64,000 bases of DNA. It comes from Anaerolineae bacterium. Its GTDB lineage: Bacteria; Chloroflexota; Anaerolineae; E26-bin7. The first letter of the stretch is position 1; every line of letters starts with the position of its first letter. A program made the position numbers and the translations under genes. The DNA is taken from the NCBI GenBank assembly GCA_041862415.1, contig JBGVTF010000248.1, forward strand, positions 3,690 to 67,689, written 5' to 3'. Shown here piece by piece: positions 26,206-34,156 of this stretch. The notes under the pieces are model-generated. The model saw nothing but the letters and a program-made list of their open reading frames with translations. It was not told where the DNA came from and did no database searches.

Positions 26206-27812
26206 GGAAAACTGCATTGCTGCTGACGCTGCTGTTGATCGGCGGAGGGCTTCTGTTGCCTGTGGCCCGGGCCGAGGAGCCGGTGGTCCGGGCTGTGCTG
26301 TTCTGGTCAAAGACCTGCCCCCACTGTCATGTGGTCATCAACGAGACGCTGCCGCCACTGCAAGCGAAGTATGGAGACCAATTGGAGATCGAGTTGATCC
26401 AGACCTCCGATCCAGCAGGGTATGAACTGTACCGGGCCACTCTGGAGGCGTATGGCGTCTCGCCTGACCGCCAGGGAGTGCCGGCGTTGTTCATCGGTGA
26501 TCACCACCTGATGGGTTCCGTGGAGATTCCCCAAATCCTGCCGGGACTGATCGAGCAATACCTGGCCGCTGGTGGGATGGACTACCCGGCCATTCCAGGG
26601 CTGGGGGCCGGGCCGAAGCTCATCCCCAATCATGCCGCCAACCCCACTCCGCGACCTACTCCGACCATCAAAGCTTGCCACATCTGTGATGAGGAAGAAC
26701 TGTCTTCCACGTCGATGCCAACTGCCGTGGCCGACGACGCACCGGCCATCCACCTGGCCTACTTCTACCAGCCTGGCTGCCGCGAGTGCGACCGGGTGCA
26801 ACTGGACCTGAACTACCTGCAACACCGTTACCCGCAGCTCGTCGTCCACGCCTTTGACGTCAAGGCGGAAGCGGCGCTGGCCGAATGGCTGGGAGAGCGG
26901 GCCGGATTCCCAGAAGAAGAGCGACTGACCGCCCCAGCGGTGTTCGTCAGCGACGAGGGATTGGTAGGCGAGGCGCTACACGCCCGCAGCTTGGAAGAGT
27001 TAATAGCCCGTCACGCCGCTACGGGCGCCGAGGCTGTGTGGGAGGGATGGGAGGCGGCCCGGAGCCAGGCAGCCGAGGGGATCATCGAGCGATTCCGCTC
27101 CTTCGGCCTACTGACGGTTCTAGCCGCCGGGCTGGTGGATGGGCTGAACCCCTGCGCCTTTGCCACTATCGTCTTTTTCATCTCGTACCTGGCCTTTGTG
27201 GGCCGCAAGGGACGGGAGATGCTGGCTGTGGGAGCCGCCTTTGCCCTGGCCGTGTTCCTGACCTATCTAGGCGTGGGGGTGGGGTTGCTCAAGTTCCTGG
27301 CGTCGCTGCCCTTCTTGGATGCCCTGAGCCGTTGGGTGTATGGACTGACGGCGACCCTGTGCCTGTTCCTGGCCCTCGGCAGCCTGCACGACTGGTGGCA
27401 GGCCCGTCGGGGCAAACCCGAGGAGATGCGCCTGAAACTGCCTGCCCACCTGCGACGCTGGATCAACCGGGTCATCCGGGAGGGGGCGGGGCTGCGGGCC
27501 TTCGTGCCGGTGGCCTTTGTCACCGGAGCGGTGATCTCGGTCATCGAGCTGGCCTGCACCGGCCAGGTCTACCTGCCGACCATCCTCTTTGTGTTGGGCG
27601 TGCCGGGTTTGCGGGTGCGGGCCAGGCTGTACTTGCTGCTCTACAACCTGATGTTCGTTCTGCCGCTGGTGGTGGTCTTCGTGCTGGCTTACTTTGGCAC
27701 CACCTCGCAGCAATTGGGCCAGTTCATCAACCGCCGGGCGGCGACGATCAAACTGGCCACGGCCGGGCTGTTCCTCTTGCTGGCCGGGTGGCTGGTGATG
27801 GCGTTGGTGTAA
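26193..27812 (+). CDS. Exported thioredoxin-like domains fused to a CcdA/DsbD-type transmembrane electron-transfer domain
   Basis: Signal peptide, then WSKTCPHCHVV and FYQPGCRECDRV CxxC motifs, then a 6-TM region with GLNPCAFATIVFFISYL and ELACTGQVYLP. Confidence 0.78.
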   Translation: MGDVRKTALLLTLLLIGGGLLLPVARAEEPVVRAVLFWSKTCPHCHVVINETLPPLQAKYGDQLEIELIQTSDPAGYELYRATLEAYGVSPDRQGVPALFIGDHHLMGSVEIPQILPGLIEQYLAAGGMDYPAIPGLGAGPKLIPNHAANPTPRPTPTIKACHICDEEELSSTSMPTAVADDAPAIHLAYFYQPGCRECDRVQLDLNYLQHRYPQLVVHAFDVKAEAALAEWLGERAGFPEEERLTAPAVFVSDEGLVGEALHARSLEELIARHAATGAEAVWEGWEAARSQAAEGIIERFRSFGLLTVLAAGLVDGLNPCAFATIVFFISYLAFVGRKGREMLAVGAAFALAVFLTYLGVGVGLLKFLASLPFLDALSRWVYGLTATLCLFLALGSLHDWWQARRGKPEEMRLKLPAHLRRWINRVIREGAGLRAFVPVAFVTGAVISVIELACTGQVYLPTILFVLGVPGLRVRARLYLLLYNLMFVLPLVVVFVLAYFGTTSQQLGQFINRRAATIKLATAGLFLLLAGWLVMALV

Positions 27813-27842
27813 GGAATGGGTAGTTGGAGAGGAGTATAACCT

Positions 27843-28376
27843 ATGAGTGTGCTGATTGAAAACTATGACCTGGAAGTGACCACGCCCCCTTGCGATCCGG
27901 GGGTTGAGCGGTTCAATGCCATTGCCCGCTTGGTCGTGGACATTAGCGAGGTACTGCCTTACTTGAATGCCACCTGGAAGGGGGCCATCTATGACCACGG
28001 TGCGCACATTCTGGTCTGGCGCATGGGTGGCCGGGCGGTGACGGTGCAGCCCTACGAAATCGCCGTCAGCCGCCTGGAAGACCGCGAGGAGGCGACCCAG
28101 GTCATCGAGCGGCTGGTGGGCATGATCAACCGCACCTGGGAACGGCGGGACGAGATCGAGCCTAGTACCGCCAGGCGAGAGCGACTGCGAGCGCTGGACG
28201 TGTACAAACTACTGCCCGGCACCAACTGCAAAGCCTGCGGCCAGCCGACTTGTTTCATCTTCGCCAACAAGCTGGCCGCCGGTGAGGTGGAGGTCGAACA
28301 ATGTACCCCGCTCTTCACCGATACCTATCGGGAGAAGCGGGAGCAACTCCTGGCTTTGATCCAGGCAACAGTCTAA
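27843..28376 (+). CDS. Fe-S cluster-binding protein (PF04060-like C-terminal CX2CX4CX16C) with an N-terminal domain of unknown function
   Basis: LPGTNCKACGQPTCFIFANKLAAGEVEVEQCTPL is the Fe-S motif seen at RnfB/CdhC N-termini. The N-terminal ~100 aa are paralogous to 29993..30307. Confidence 0.7.
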   Translation: MSVLIENYDLEVTTPPCDPGVERFNAIARLVVDISEVLPYLNATWKGAIYDHGAHILVWRMGGRAVTVQPYEIAVSRLEDREEATQVIERLVGMINRTWERRDEIEPSTARRERLRALDVYKLLPGTNCKACGQPTCFIFANKLAAGEVEVEQCTPLFTDTYREKREQLLALIQATV

Positions 28377-28388
28377 CGGAGGACTCAC

Positions 28389-28700
28389 ATGAAAGAAGCT
28401 CGGATCGCATCCGGCTGGGCTAGGCAGTACATTCGGGAGCGCGGTGGAATCATCAACATTGCCACCCGTATGACTGTGGTGGACTGATGAACGGCCTACG
28501 AGACCCCATCAGGTCTGATGGGCAAGCCTGAAAACGAGCAAGATTACATCCGATTTATGGCGGAAGACATCGAGGTCTACCTGTCTAAAGAGATCTGGGA
28601 AGGGTTGGACCCCAAGGCTACGGAACTGCGGTTTGCCATTCCGGGGTATGGTCGGTTCTACCTGAAGTTCAACCCCGCCCGGTCTCGAGTGGCTGGGTAG
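28389..28700 (+). CDS. Predicted 103-aa selenoprotein with tandem in-frame UGA-UGA (Sec-Sec) at codons 33-34, HesB-like 'CC/Se motif'-type small protein
   Basis: ATG 28389 follows GGAGG (28378-28382) with a 6-nt spacer. The same frame continues through TGA TGA (28485-28490) into track ORF 28518..28700, whose ATG has no RBS. A SECIS-like hairpin lies 14 nt downstream, and a paralogous 3' fragment lies at 41035-41208. Confidence 0.6.
28505..28522 (+). promoter_or_regulatory. Candidate bacterial SECIS hairpin
   Basis: A perfect 7-bp stem CCCAUCA/UGAUGGG carries the apical loop GGUC. CA-GGUC-UG is identical to the apex of the E. coli fdhF SECIS as I recall it. The loop begins 21 nt after the second UGA. 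Confidence 0.5.
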
Positions 28701-28770
28701 CCTTCAAGCGCCCCCAAGGGCGCAGACTATCTCAAGTTTACATCTACTCTACAAAATCTGAGGAGGTCAT

Positions 28771-29904
28771 TTGAAAATGTCACAAACAACAGCGAAAGTT
28801 GAAGTTCTGGACAGGGAAGTCAGTGTCGTCAAGCGGCTGTCGCTGCTGGACCGCTTCCTGCCCCTGTGGATCTTTCTGGCTATGGCCGTGGGGGTAGGAT
28901 TGGGCTACGTCTTCCCCGGCATCGCCACCGCCTTTGATGCCCTGCGCATTGACACGGTGTCGTTGCCCATCGCCATCGGCCTGCTGTGGATGATGTATCC
29001 CGTGCTGGCCGAGGTCAAGTACGAGGAACTGGGCAAAGTGGCCACAGCCTGGAAGATGTTCAGCGTCTCGGCCGTGCTGAACTGGGTCATCGGCCCGGTC
29101 ATTATGTTCATCCTGGCCTGGGCCTTCTTGCCTGATCTGCCCGAGTATCGCACCGGGCTGATCATCGTCGGGCTGGCCCGCTGCATCGCCATGGTGCTGA
29201 TCTGGAACATGCTGGCCGAGGGCGACGCCGAGTACTGCGCGGTGTTGGTGGCCCTCAACTCGGTGTTCCAGATCATCATGTACAGCCCGCTGGCCTATCT
29301 CTATCTGCGGGTGATACCGGGCTGGTTCGGGGCCGACACGGCCGCCGTGGGCGTGACCATGTGGGACATCGCCAAGAGCGTGCTCATCTTCCTGGGCATC
29401 CCGCTGGCGGCAGGTATCATCACTCGCTTCAGCCTGATCCGGCGGCGAGGGCAGGAGTGGTACGAGACCAGGTTCATGCCCAAGCTGGGGCCGACGGCCA
29501 TCATCGGGCTGCTGTTCACCATCATCGTCATGTTCAGCATGAAAGGCGAGGTGATCGTTACCCTGCCGCTGGACGTGCTGCGGATTGCCATCCCGTTGGT
29601 GGTTTACTTCGGGTTGATGTTTGCCGTGGCTTGGGTGGTCGCGTGGCTGTTCCGCTTCCCCTACGCCGACACGGCCACCCAAAGCTTTACGGCGGCCAGC
29701 AACAACTTTGAGCTGGCCATCGCCGTGGCCGTGGGAGCCTTTGGTATCGCTTCGGGGCAGGCGCTGGCCACGGTGGTCGGACCGCTGATCGAGGTGCCGG
29801 TGCTGATCGGGCTGGTGTACGTGGCGTTGTGGGCCAGGCGTTTCTTCTTCAGGCCGGATGGCACGGCGAAGCGAAAGCTGGCGGCCGCTGAGATAGCAAG
29901 CTAG
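28771..29904 (+). CDS. acr3: ACR3-family arsenite/antimonite efflux transporter
   Basis: Begins with LSLLDRFLPLWIFLAMAVGVGLGYVFP and has about 10 TM helices. The start may be TTG 28771 or ATG 28777. Confidence 0.9.
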   Translation: MKMSQTTAKVEVLDREVSVVKRLSLLDRFLPLWIFLAMAVGVGLGYVFPGIATAFDALRIDTVSLPIAIGLLWMMYPVLAEVKYEELGKVATAWKMFSVSAVLNWVIGPVIMFILAWAFLPDLPEYRTGLIIVGLARCIAMVLIWNMLAEGDAEYCAVLVALNSVFQIIMYSPLAYLYLRVIPGWFGADTAAVGVTMWDIAKSVLIFLGIPLAAGIITRFSLIRRRGQEWYETRFMPKLGPTAIIGLLFTIIVMFSMKGEVIVTLPLDVLRIAIPLVVYFGLMFAVAWVVAWLFRFPYADTATQSFTAASNNFELAIAVAVGAFGIASGQALATVVGPLIEVPVLIGLVYVALWARRFFFRPDGTAKRKLAAAEIAS

Positions 29905-29992
29905 TGAGCGCTGCGGTACGGAGGCAGCGCCGCACGCCGCAGGCCCAGCGGGCCAAACTGATGCGGATGGATTTCGGAGGAGTGGGAATGAT

Positions 29993-30307
29993 ATGCTACT
30001 GCATGGCTTCACTGTCACTCATGTCCTGGACTGCCTGGCCGACCCGAGCAAGGACCGGGTCATCGCCGAGCTCTCGGACGACGTGTCGCCAGTGTTTCCC
30101 TATCTCAACGCCGTCGTACCCAACTTGATGTACAATCCCGGTGCCAACTCGGTGACCGTGGAGCGAGAATGGCGCATCCTGACGTTCTACCCGCACGTGG
30201 CGGTGATGGACAAGGTGGATGGTAACGGGCTTCTGAAACTAGAGAGAGGAGATGCGCATGCCAAACAGACCAGGTACGGCAGGCAGCAGCCGCTGTGCCC
30301 GGAGTGA
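29993..30307 (+). CDS. Paralog of the N-terminal domain of 27843..28376, lacking the Fe-S module (possibly a decayed copy)
   Basis: AELSDDVSPVFPYLNAVVPNLMYNPGANSVTVEREWRILTFYPHVAV aligns with ARLVVDISEVLPYLNATWKGAIYDHGAHILVWRMGGRAVTVQPYEIAV. The C-terminus is unrelated. Confidence 0.5.
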   Translation: MLLHGFTVTHVLDCLADPSKDRVIAELSDDVSPVFPYLNAVVPNLMYNPGANSVTVEREWRILTFYPHVAVMDKVDGNGLLKLERGDAHAKQTRYGRQQPLCPE

Positions 30308-30338
30308 AAGAGGCGAAGGTAGCCTCACTCGATAAGGG

Positions 30339-31604
30339 GTGGGGTGCCTCATGGATGAAGCGGTGAAGATGATGGGCCAAATGACTGAACTGGGGCTAGA
30401 GAAGGCACAAGAAGTGCTGGTACAGGAATGCAGTTCCCTGGGGCTGATGGCCTCGCCCGAGGGCTACCCGCACGTCTGGGCGCGGGATAGTGTCATCACA
30501 GGCCTGGGGGCCATCCTGAGTCTAGGACATGAGAACTGCCTGCGCACATCCCTGCAGACTCTGGCCGGACAGCAATCGGAGTTGGGGGCCATCCCCAACA
30601 ACGTCAGCGTGGCTACGGGACGGCTGGACCACACCAACGCCGGTTCGGTGGACTCTAACCTGTGGTACATCGTCGGCCACTACGTCAACCATCGGATGAC
30701 GGGTGACACTGACTTTTTGCGAGCCCACTGGTCGTCACTGGAGCAGGCGCTATTGTGGCTGCGCTACCAGGATTCCAACGGCTGCGGCCTGTTGGAGGTG
30801 CACGAGGCCGCCGACTGGGCCGACCTGTTGGCCAACCGTTTCAACATCCTGTACGACAACGTGCTGTGGTACGCTGCCCTGAGGGCCATGGCGGCAATGG
30901 CCGCCACACTGAGGAAGAACGGGGCGCAGTACGACCAGATGGCATCGGACGTGCGGCACAAGCTGCGCATCGTACTGTGGGTGGGGCCGGAGAGCGCCGA
31001 CGAATGGGGGCCCACCTGCCCGGGTCACATGGAGTGGAAACACACCCTCAGCCAGGTGGACCCGGTGCTGGTCAAACGGCCCTTCTTCCTGCCCTACGTG
31101 GCTTTCCGTGACTACGGTGACTACTGCGACGTGTTGGGCAACCTGCTGGCGGTGTTGTTTGGGGTGGCCAACCCGGCCCAGGAGCGGCGTATCCTGGACT
31201 ACCTGTACCAGGTGGGCATGGCCGAGCCGTATCCGGTGCGGGTACTGCATCCACCCATTTACCCTGGTTCCAAGGACTGGCGGGAATATTACCGCAACAA
31301 CAACCTCAACCTGCCCGACCAGTACCACAACGGCGGCATCTGGCCCTTCGTAGGCGGCTTTTACGTGGCCGTCCTCGTAAAGACGGGGCGGCTGGAAGAG
31401 GCGCGGCGGCAACTGGAGAAGCTGGCCGAGGTCAACCGGCTGGGGATCAACGAGGAGTGGGAGTTCAACGAGTGGTGCCACGGTCGCACCGGTCGGCCGA
31501 TGGGCTATCCCCACCAGGCCTGGTCGGCGGGGATGTACGTCTACGCTCACCGTTGCGTGGCCAAGGGCCAGGTGCCAGTGTTCGGGGATGACATGTGGAG
31601 GTGA
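30339..31604 (+). CDS. GDE_C / GH100-like glycoside hydrolase (neutral invertase or debranching-enzyme-like)
   Basis: Contains GYPHVWARDSVITGLGA, NAGSVDSNLWYIVG, EAADWADLL, NILYDNVLWYAAL and YHNGGIWPFVGGFY. Confidence 0.6.
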   Translation: MGCLMDEAVKMMGQMTELGLEKAQEVLVQECSSLGLMASPEGYPHVWARDSVITGLGAILSLGHENCLRTSLQTLAGQQSELGAIPNNVSVATGRLDHTNAGSVDSNLWYIVGHYVNHRMTGDTDFLRAHWSSLEQALLWLRYQDSNGCGLLEVHEAADWADLLANRFNILYDNVLWYAALRAMAAMAATLRKNGAQYDQMASDVRHKLRIVLWVGPESADEWGPTCPGHMEWKHTLSQVDPVLVKRPFFLPYVAFRDYGDYCDVLGNLLAVLFGVANPAQERRILDYLYQVGMAEPYPVRVLHPPIYPGSKDWREYYRNNNLNLPDQYHNGGIWPFVGGFYVAVLVKTGRLEEARRQLEKLAEVNRLGINEEWEFNEWCHGRTGRPMGYPHQAWSAGMYVYAHRCVAKGQVPVFGDDMWR

Positions 31605-31605
31605 C

Positions 31606-32847
31606 ATGACGGAACTGTATCCCATGCTGAGCGTAGAAGAAGCCCTGGCGCGGGTGCTGGCTGCCTTCCAGCCGTTGCCGCCAGAGCGTGTGCCGGTGTT
31701 GGAGACGCTGGGCCAGGTGCTGGCCGAGGACGTCTATGCGGACATGGACATCCCGCCCCTGACCAACACGGCCATGGACGGCTATGCTGTGCAGGCGGCC
31801 GACACGGCTGGGGCCAGCGCCAAGCGCCCCGTGCGCCTGCGTATCGTCTATGACCTGGCCGCTGGCTACACCACCGATGTGACGGTGACGCCTGGCACGG
31901 CCATCCGCATCATGACCGGCGCGCCCATCCCGCCGGGGGCCGACGCCGTGGTGCGCTTCGAGGACACAGAACAAGACGGGGAATGGGTCACCATTCTCAA
32001 GGGTGTGCCGGTGGGTAAGAACGTGCGCCGGGCCGGCGAAGACGTGAAGAAGGGTGCGCTCATCCTGCCGCGGGGTACGGCGATCCGCCCGCAAGAGGTG
32101 GGCATGCTGGCCGCGCTGGGGCATAAGGAGGCCTGGGTCCACCGCCGGCCGCGGGTAGCCATCCTGGCCACCGGCGACGAGGTGATCGAGGTGGACGCCC
32201 CCTGGCAGCCGGGCAAGATCCGTAATGCCAACAGCTACTCCAACGCCGCCCAGGTATTGCGCTACGGCGGGGTGCCGGTGCTGCTGGGCATCGCCCGCGA
32301 CGACGTGGCGGAACTGACTGCTAAAATTCGGGCCGGGCTGGAGCAGGGGGCCGATCTCTTCCTCACCTCGGGCGGGGTATCGGTCGGCGACTTTGACGTG
32401 GTCAAGACAGTGCTGGCGGCCGAAGGGGAGATGGGCTTCTGGCGGGTGCGGATGAAGCCAGGCAAGCCGCTGGCCTTCGGCCAGATCCGGGGGGTGCCGC
32501 TACTGGGCTTGCCGGGCAACCCCGTATCAGCTATGGTCAGCTTTGAACTGTTCGCCCGCCCGGCCATCCTCAAGATGCTGGGCAAGACCCGGCTGGCAAA
32601 GCCGACGGTGGAGGCCATGCTACTCGATGATATCACGCGCAAGGACGACCGTCGTCACTACCTGCGGGTCATGCTCGAGGACAGGGAAGGAAAGTACTTG
32701 GCCCAGCTGACTGGCGACCAAGGTTCGGGCATTCTGCTCTCGATGGTACGAGCGCAGGGGCTGGCGGTGATCCCCGAAGACGTGGATCACCTGCCCGCCG
32801 GGGCGCGGGTGCAGGTCATGATGCTGGATTGGCCGGAACGTGGATGA
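31606..32847 (+). CDS. moeA: Molybdopterin molybdenumtransferase MoeA
   Basis: Contains SVEEALARVL, TNTAMDGYAV, IMTGAPIPPGADAVV, TSGGVSVGDFD and PGNPVSAMVSF. ATG 31606 is adjacent to GGAGGTGA. Confidence 0.92.
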   Translation: MTELYPMLSVEEALARVLAAFQPLPPERVPVLETLGQVLAEDVYADMDIPPLTNTAMDGYAVQAADTAGASAKRPVRLRIVYDLAAGYTTDVTVTPGTAIRIMTGAPIPPGADAVVRFEDTEQDGEWVTILKGVPVGKNVRRAGEDVKKGALILPRGTAIRPQEVGMLAALGHKEAWVHRRPRVAILATGDEVIEVDAPWQPGKIRNANSYSNAAQVLRYGGVPVLLGIARDDVAELTAKIRAGLEQGADLFLTSGGVSVGDFDVVKTVLAAEGEMGFWRVRMKPGKPLAFGQIRGVPLLGLPGNPVSAMVSFELFARPAILKMLGKTRLAKPTVEAMLLDDITRKDDRRHYLRVMLEDREGKYLAQLTGDQGSGILLSMVRAQGLAVIPEDVDHLPAGARVQVMMLDWPERG

Positions 32848-33148
32848 GATCACCTGCTGTCAGTACGAAGAGTTTGTGAAAGCCCTGGCCGACGAGACCC
32901 GCCAGGACATCCTGGAGTTGTTACAGGATCGGGAGATGAGCGTGGGCGAGATAGCGGCCTGCTTTAGACAGACGCAACCGACCATTTCCCATCATCTGGG
33001 TCTGTTACGCCGCGCGAGGGTGGTGCTGGCCCGGCGGGAAGGCAAGCAGGTATATTATACAGCCAACCGCTGTTGCCTGGACGCCTGCACCCGGCGACTG
33101 GTCGAGCAACTGACCGGAGAAGGGAACGAGCCATGCGAGAAATCATAA
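32840..33148 (+). CDS. ArsR-family regulator with N-terminal CC and C-terminal CCxxxC
   Basis: LADETRQDILELLQDREMSVGEIAACFRQTQPTISHHLGLLRRARVV is a wHTH. Cys pairs occur at ITCCQY and NRCCLDAC. The gene overlaps moeA and xdhC. Confidence 0.85.
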   Translation: MDEITCCQYEEFVKALADETRQDILELLQDREMSVGEIAACFRQTQPTISHHLGLLRRARVVLARREGKQVYYTANRCCLDACTRRLVEQLTGEGNEPCEKS

Positions 33149-33891
33149 CTGCTTTGAATGAAGCCCTTCAGCGCGACGAGCCCGTGGCCCTGGCCACCGT
33201 GGTGGAGGTGCAAGGCGCTTCTCCGGCCCAGGTGGGTTTCAAGCTGCTGGTACGGCCTGACGGCAGCGTCGTGGGCAACCTGGGCGGCGGGGCGCTGGAG
33301 CAGCGGGTACGGGAGGAGGCGGTGACCGCCTTGCGAGAGGGGCGGTCTCGCCTGGTCCACTACACCCTGCGCGAGGAGGGTCCCAACGCGGTGGGAATGC
33401 TGTGCGGCGGCGAGGTCACAGTGTTCGTCGAGGTCTACCGACCGGCTCCCATCCTGCTCATCGTCGGCGGGGGACACATCGGCCAGCCGCTGGCCGAGAT
33501 GGCCCGCATCGTCGGCTTCAACGTCCAAGTGATGGACGTGCGCCCGGAGCGGGCCACGGTGCCCCAACTCGACCCGGCAGCCATCACCCCGCAGACCTAT
33601 GTGGTGCTCATCACCGAGGATCACGTCACTGACGAGCAGGCGCTGCGCCAGGTGCTCGACACACCGGCGGCCTACGTGGGCATGATCGGCAGCCGGCGCA
33701 AGGCGAGCATTGTCTTCGATCACCTGCGGGCTGAGGGAGTGTCCGAGGAGCGGCTGGCTCGCGTCCACGCCCCCATCGGGCTGGACCTGGGTGGACGCTC
33801 GCCGGCCGAGATCGCCCTGGCCATTCTGGCCGAGGTGGTGCAGGTGCGCTATGGCGGGACAGGGACGTCGTGCATGTCGAAGGGGGGATAA
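33133..33891 (+). CDS. XdhC/CoxI-family molybdenum-hydroxylase accessory protein
   Basis: Contains ALATVVEVQGASPAQVGFKLLV..DGSVVGNLGGGALE, a Rossmann-like LLIVGGGHIGQPLA, GMIGSRRK and IHAPIGLDLGGRSPAEIALAILAE. Confidence 0.85.
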   Translation: MREIITALNEALQRDEPVALATVVEVQGASPAQVGFKLLVRPDGSVVGNLGGGALEQRVREEAVTALREGRSRLVHYTLREEGPNAVGMLCGGEVTVFVEVYRPAPILLIVGGGHIGQPLAEMARIVGFNVQVMDVRPERATVPQLDPAAITPQTYVVLITEDHVTDEQALRQVLDTPAAYVGMIGSRRKASIVFDHLRAEGVSEERLARVHAPIGLDLGGRSPAEIALAILAEVVQVRYGGTGTSCMSKGG

Positions 33892-33893
33892 CT

Positions 33894-34082
33894 ATGTGGC
33901 GAAACTATCTGTTTCCCGGCTCGGTAGAGGAAGCACCAGAGATGCTGACCACCTACGACGGCGGGGCTCACCTGATCGCTGGAGGCACCGACCTGATTCT
34001 GGAGCTAGCGGTGGGAGTGCGGCTGGAAAGGCTAGTGGCCACGGCGGAGAGGGTTCTGATGGAGATGAAACGACCTGGATAG
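33894..34082 (+). pseudogene. N-terminal fragment of a CoxM/XdhB-type FAD-binding subunit
   Basis: MWRNYLFPGSVEEAPEMLTTYDGGAHLIAGGTDLILEL matches the start of molybdopterin-dehydrogenase FAD-binding subunits. The ORF ends after 62 aa. Confidence 0.6.
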
Positions 34083-34156
34083 GCAAGCGGTCACTCTGCA
34101 TGTCGTTGGGTAATGGATTTCAGGTGAAGGCAAGGTGCGCGCACGTGGAGGATAAG

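Noticed and set aside
33710-34156. Long N-terminal extension of the radical SAM ORF (track start 33710) and the overlapping 16364..16819 extension of the VanZ ORF
   Set aside because: The extensions overlap the 3' ends of the upstream genes in other frames and are Arg/Gly-rich. Internal ATGs with good RBSs (34157; 16820) start the recognisable domains.
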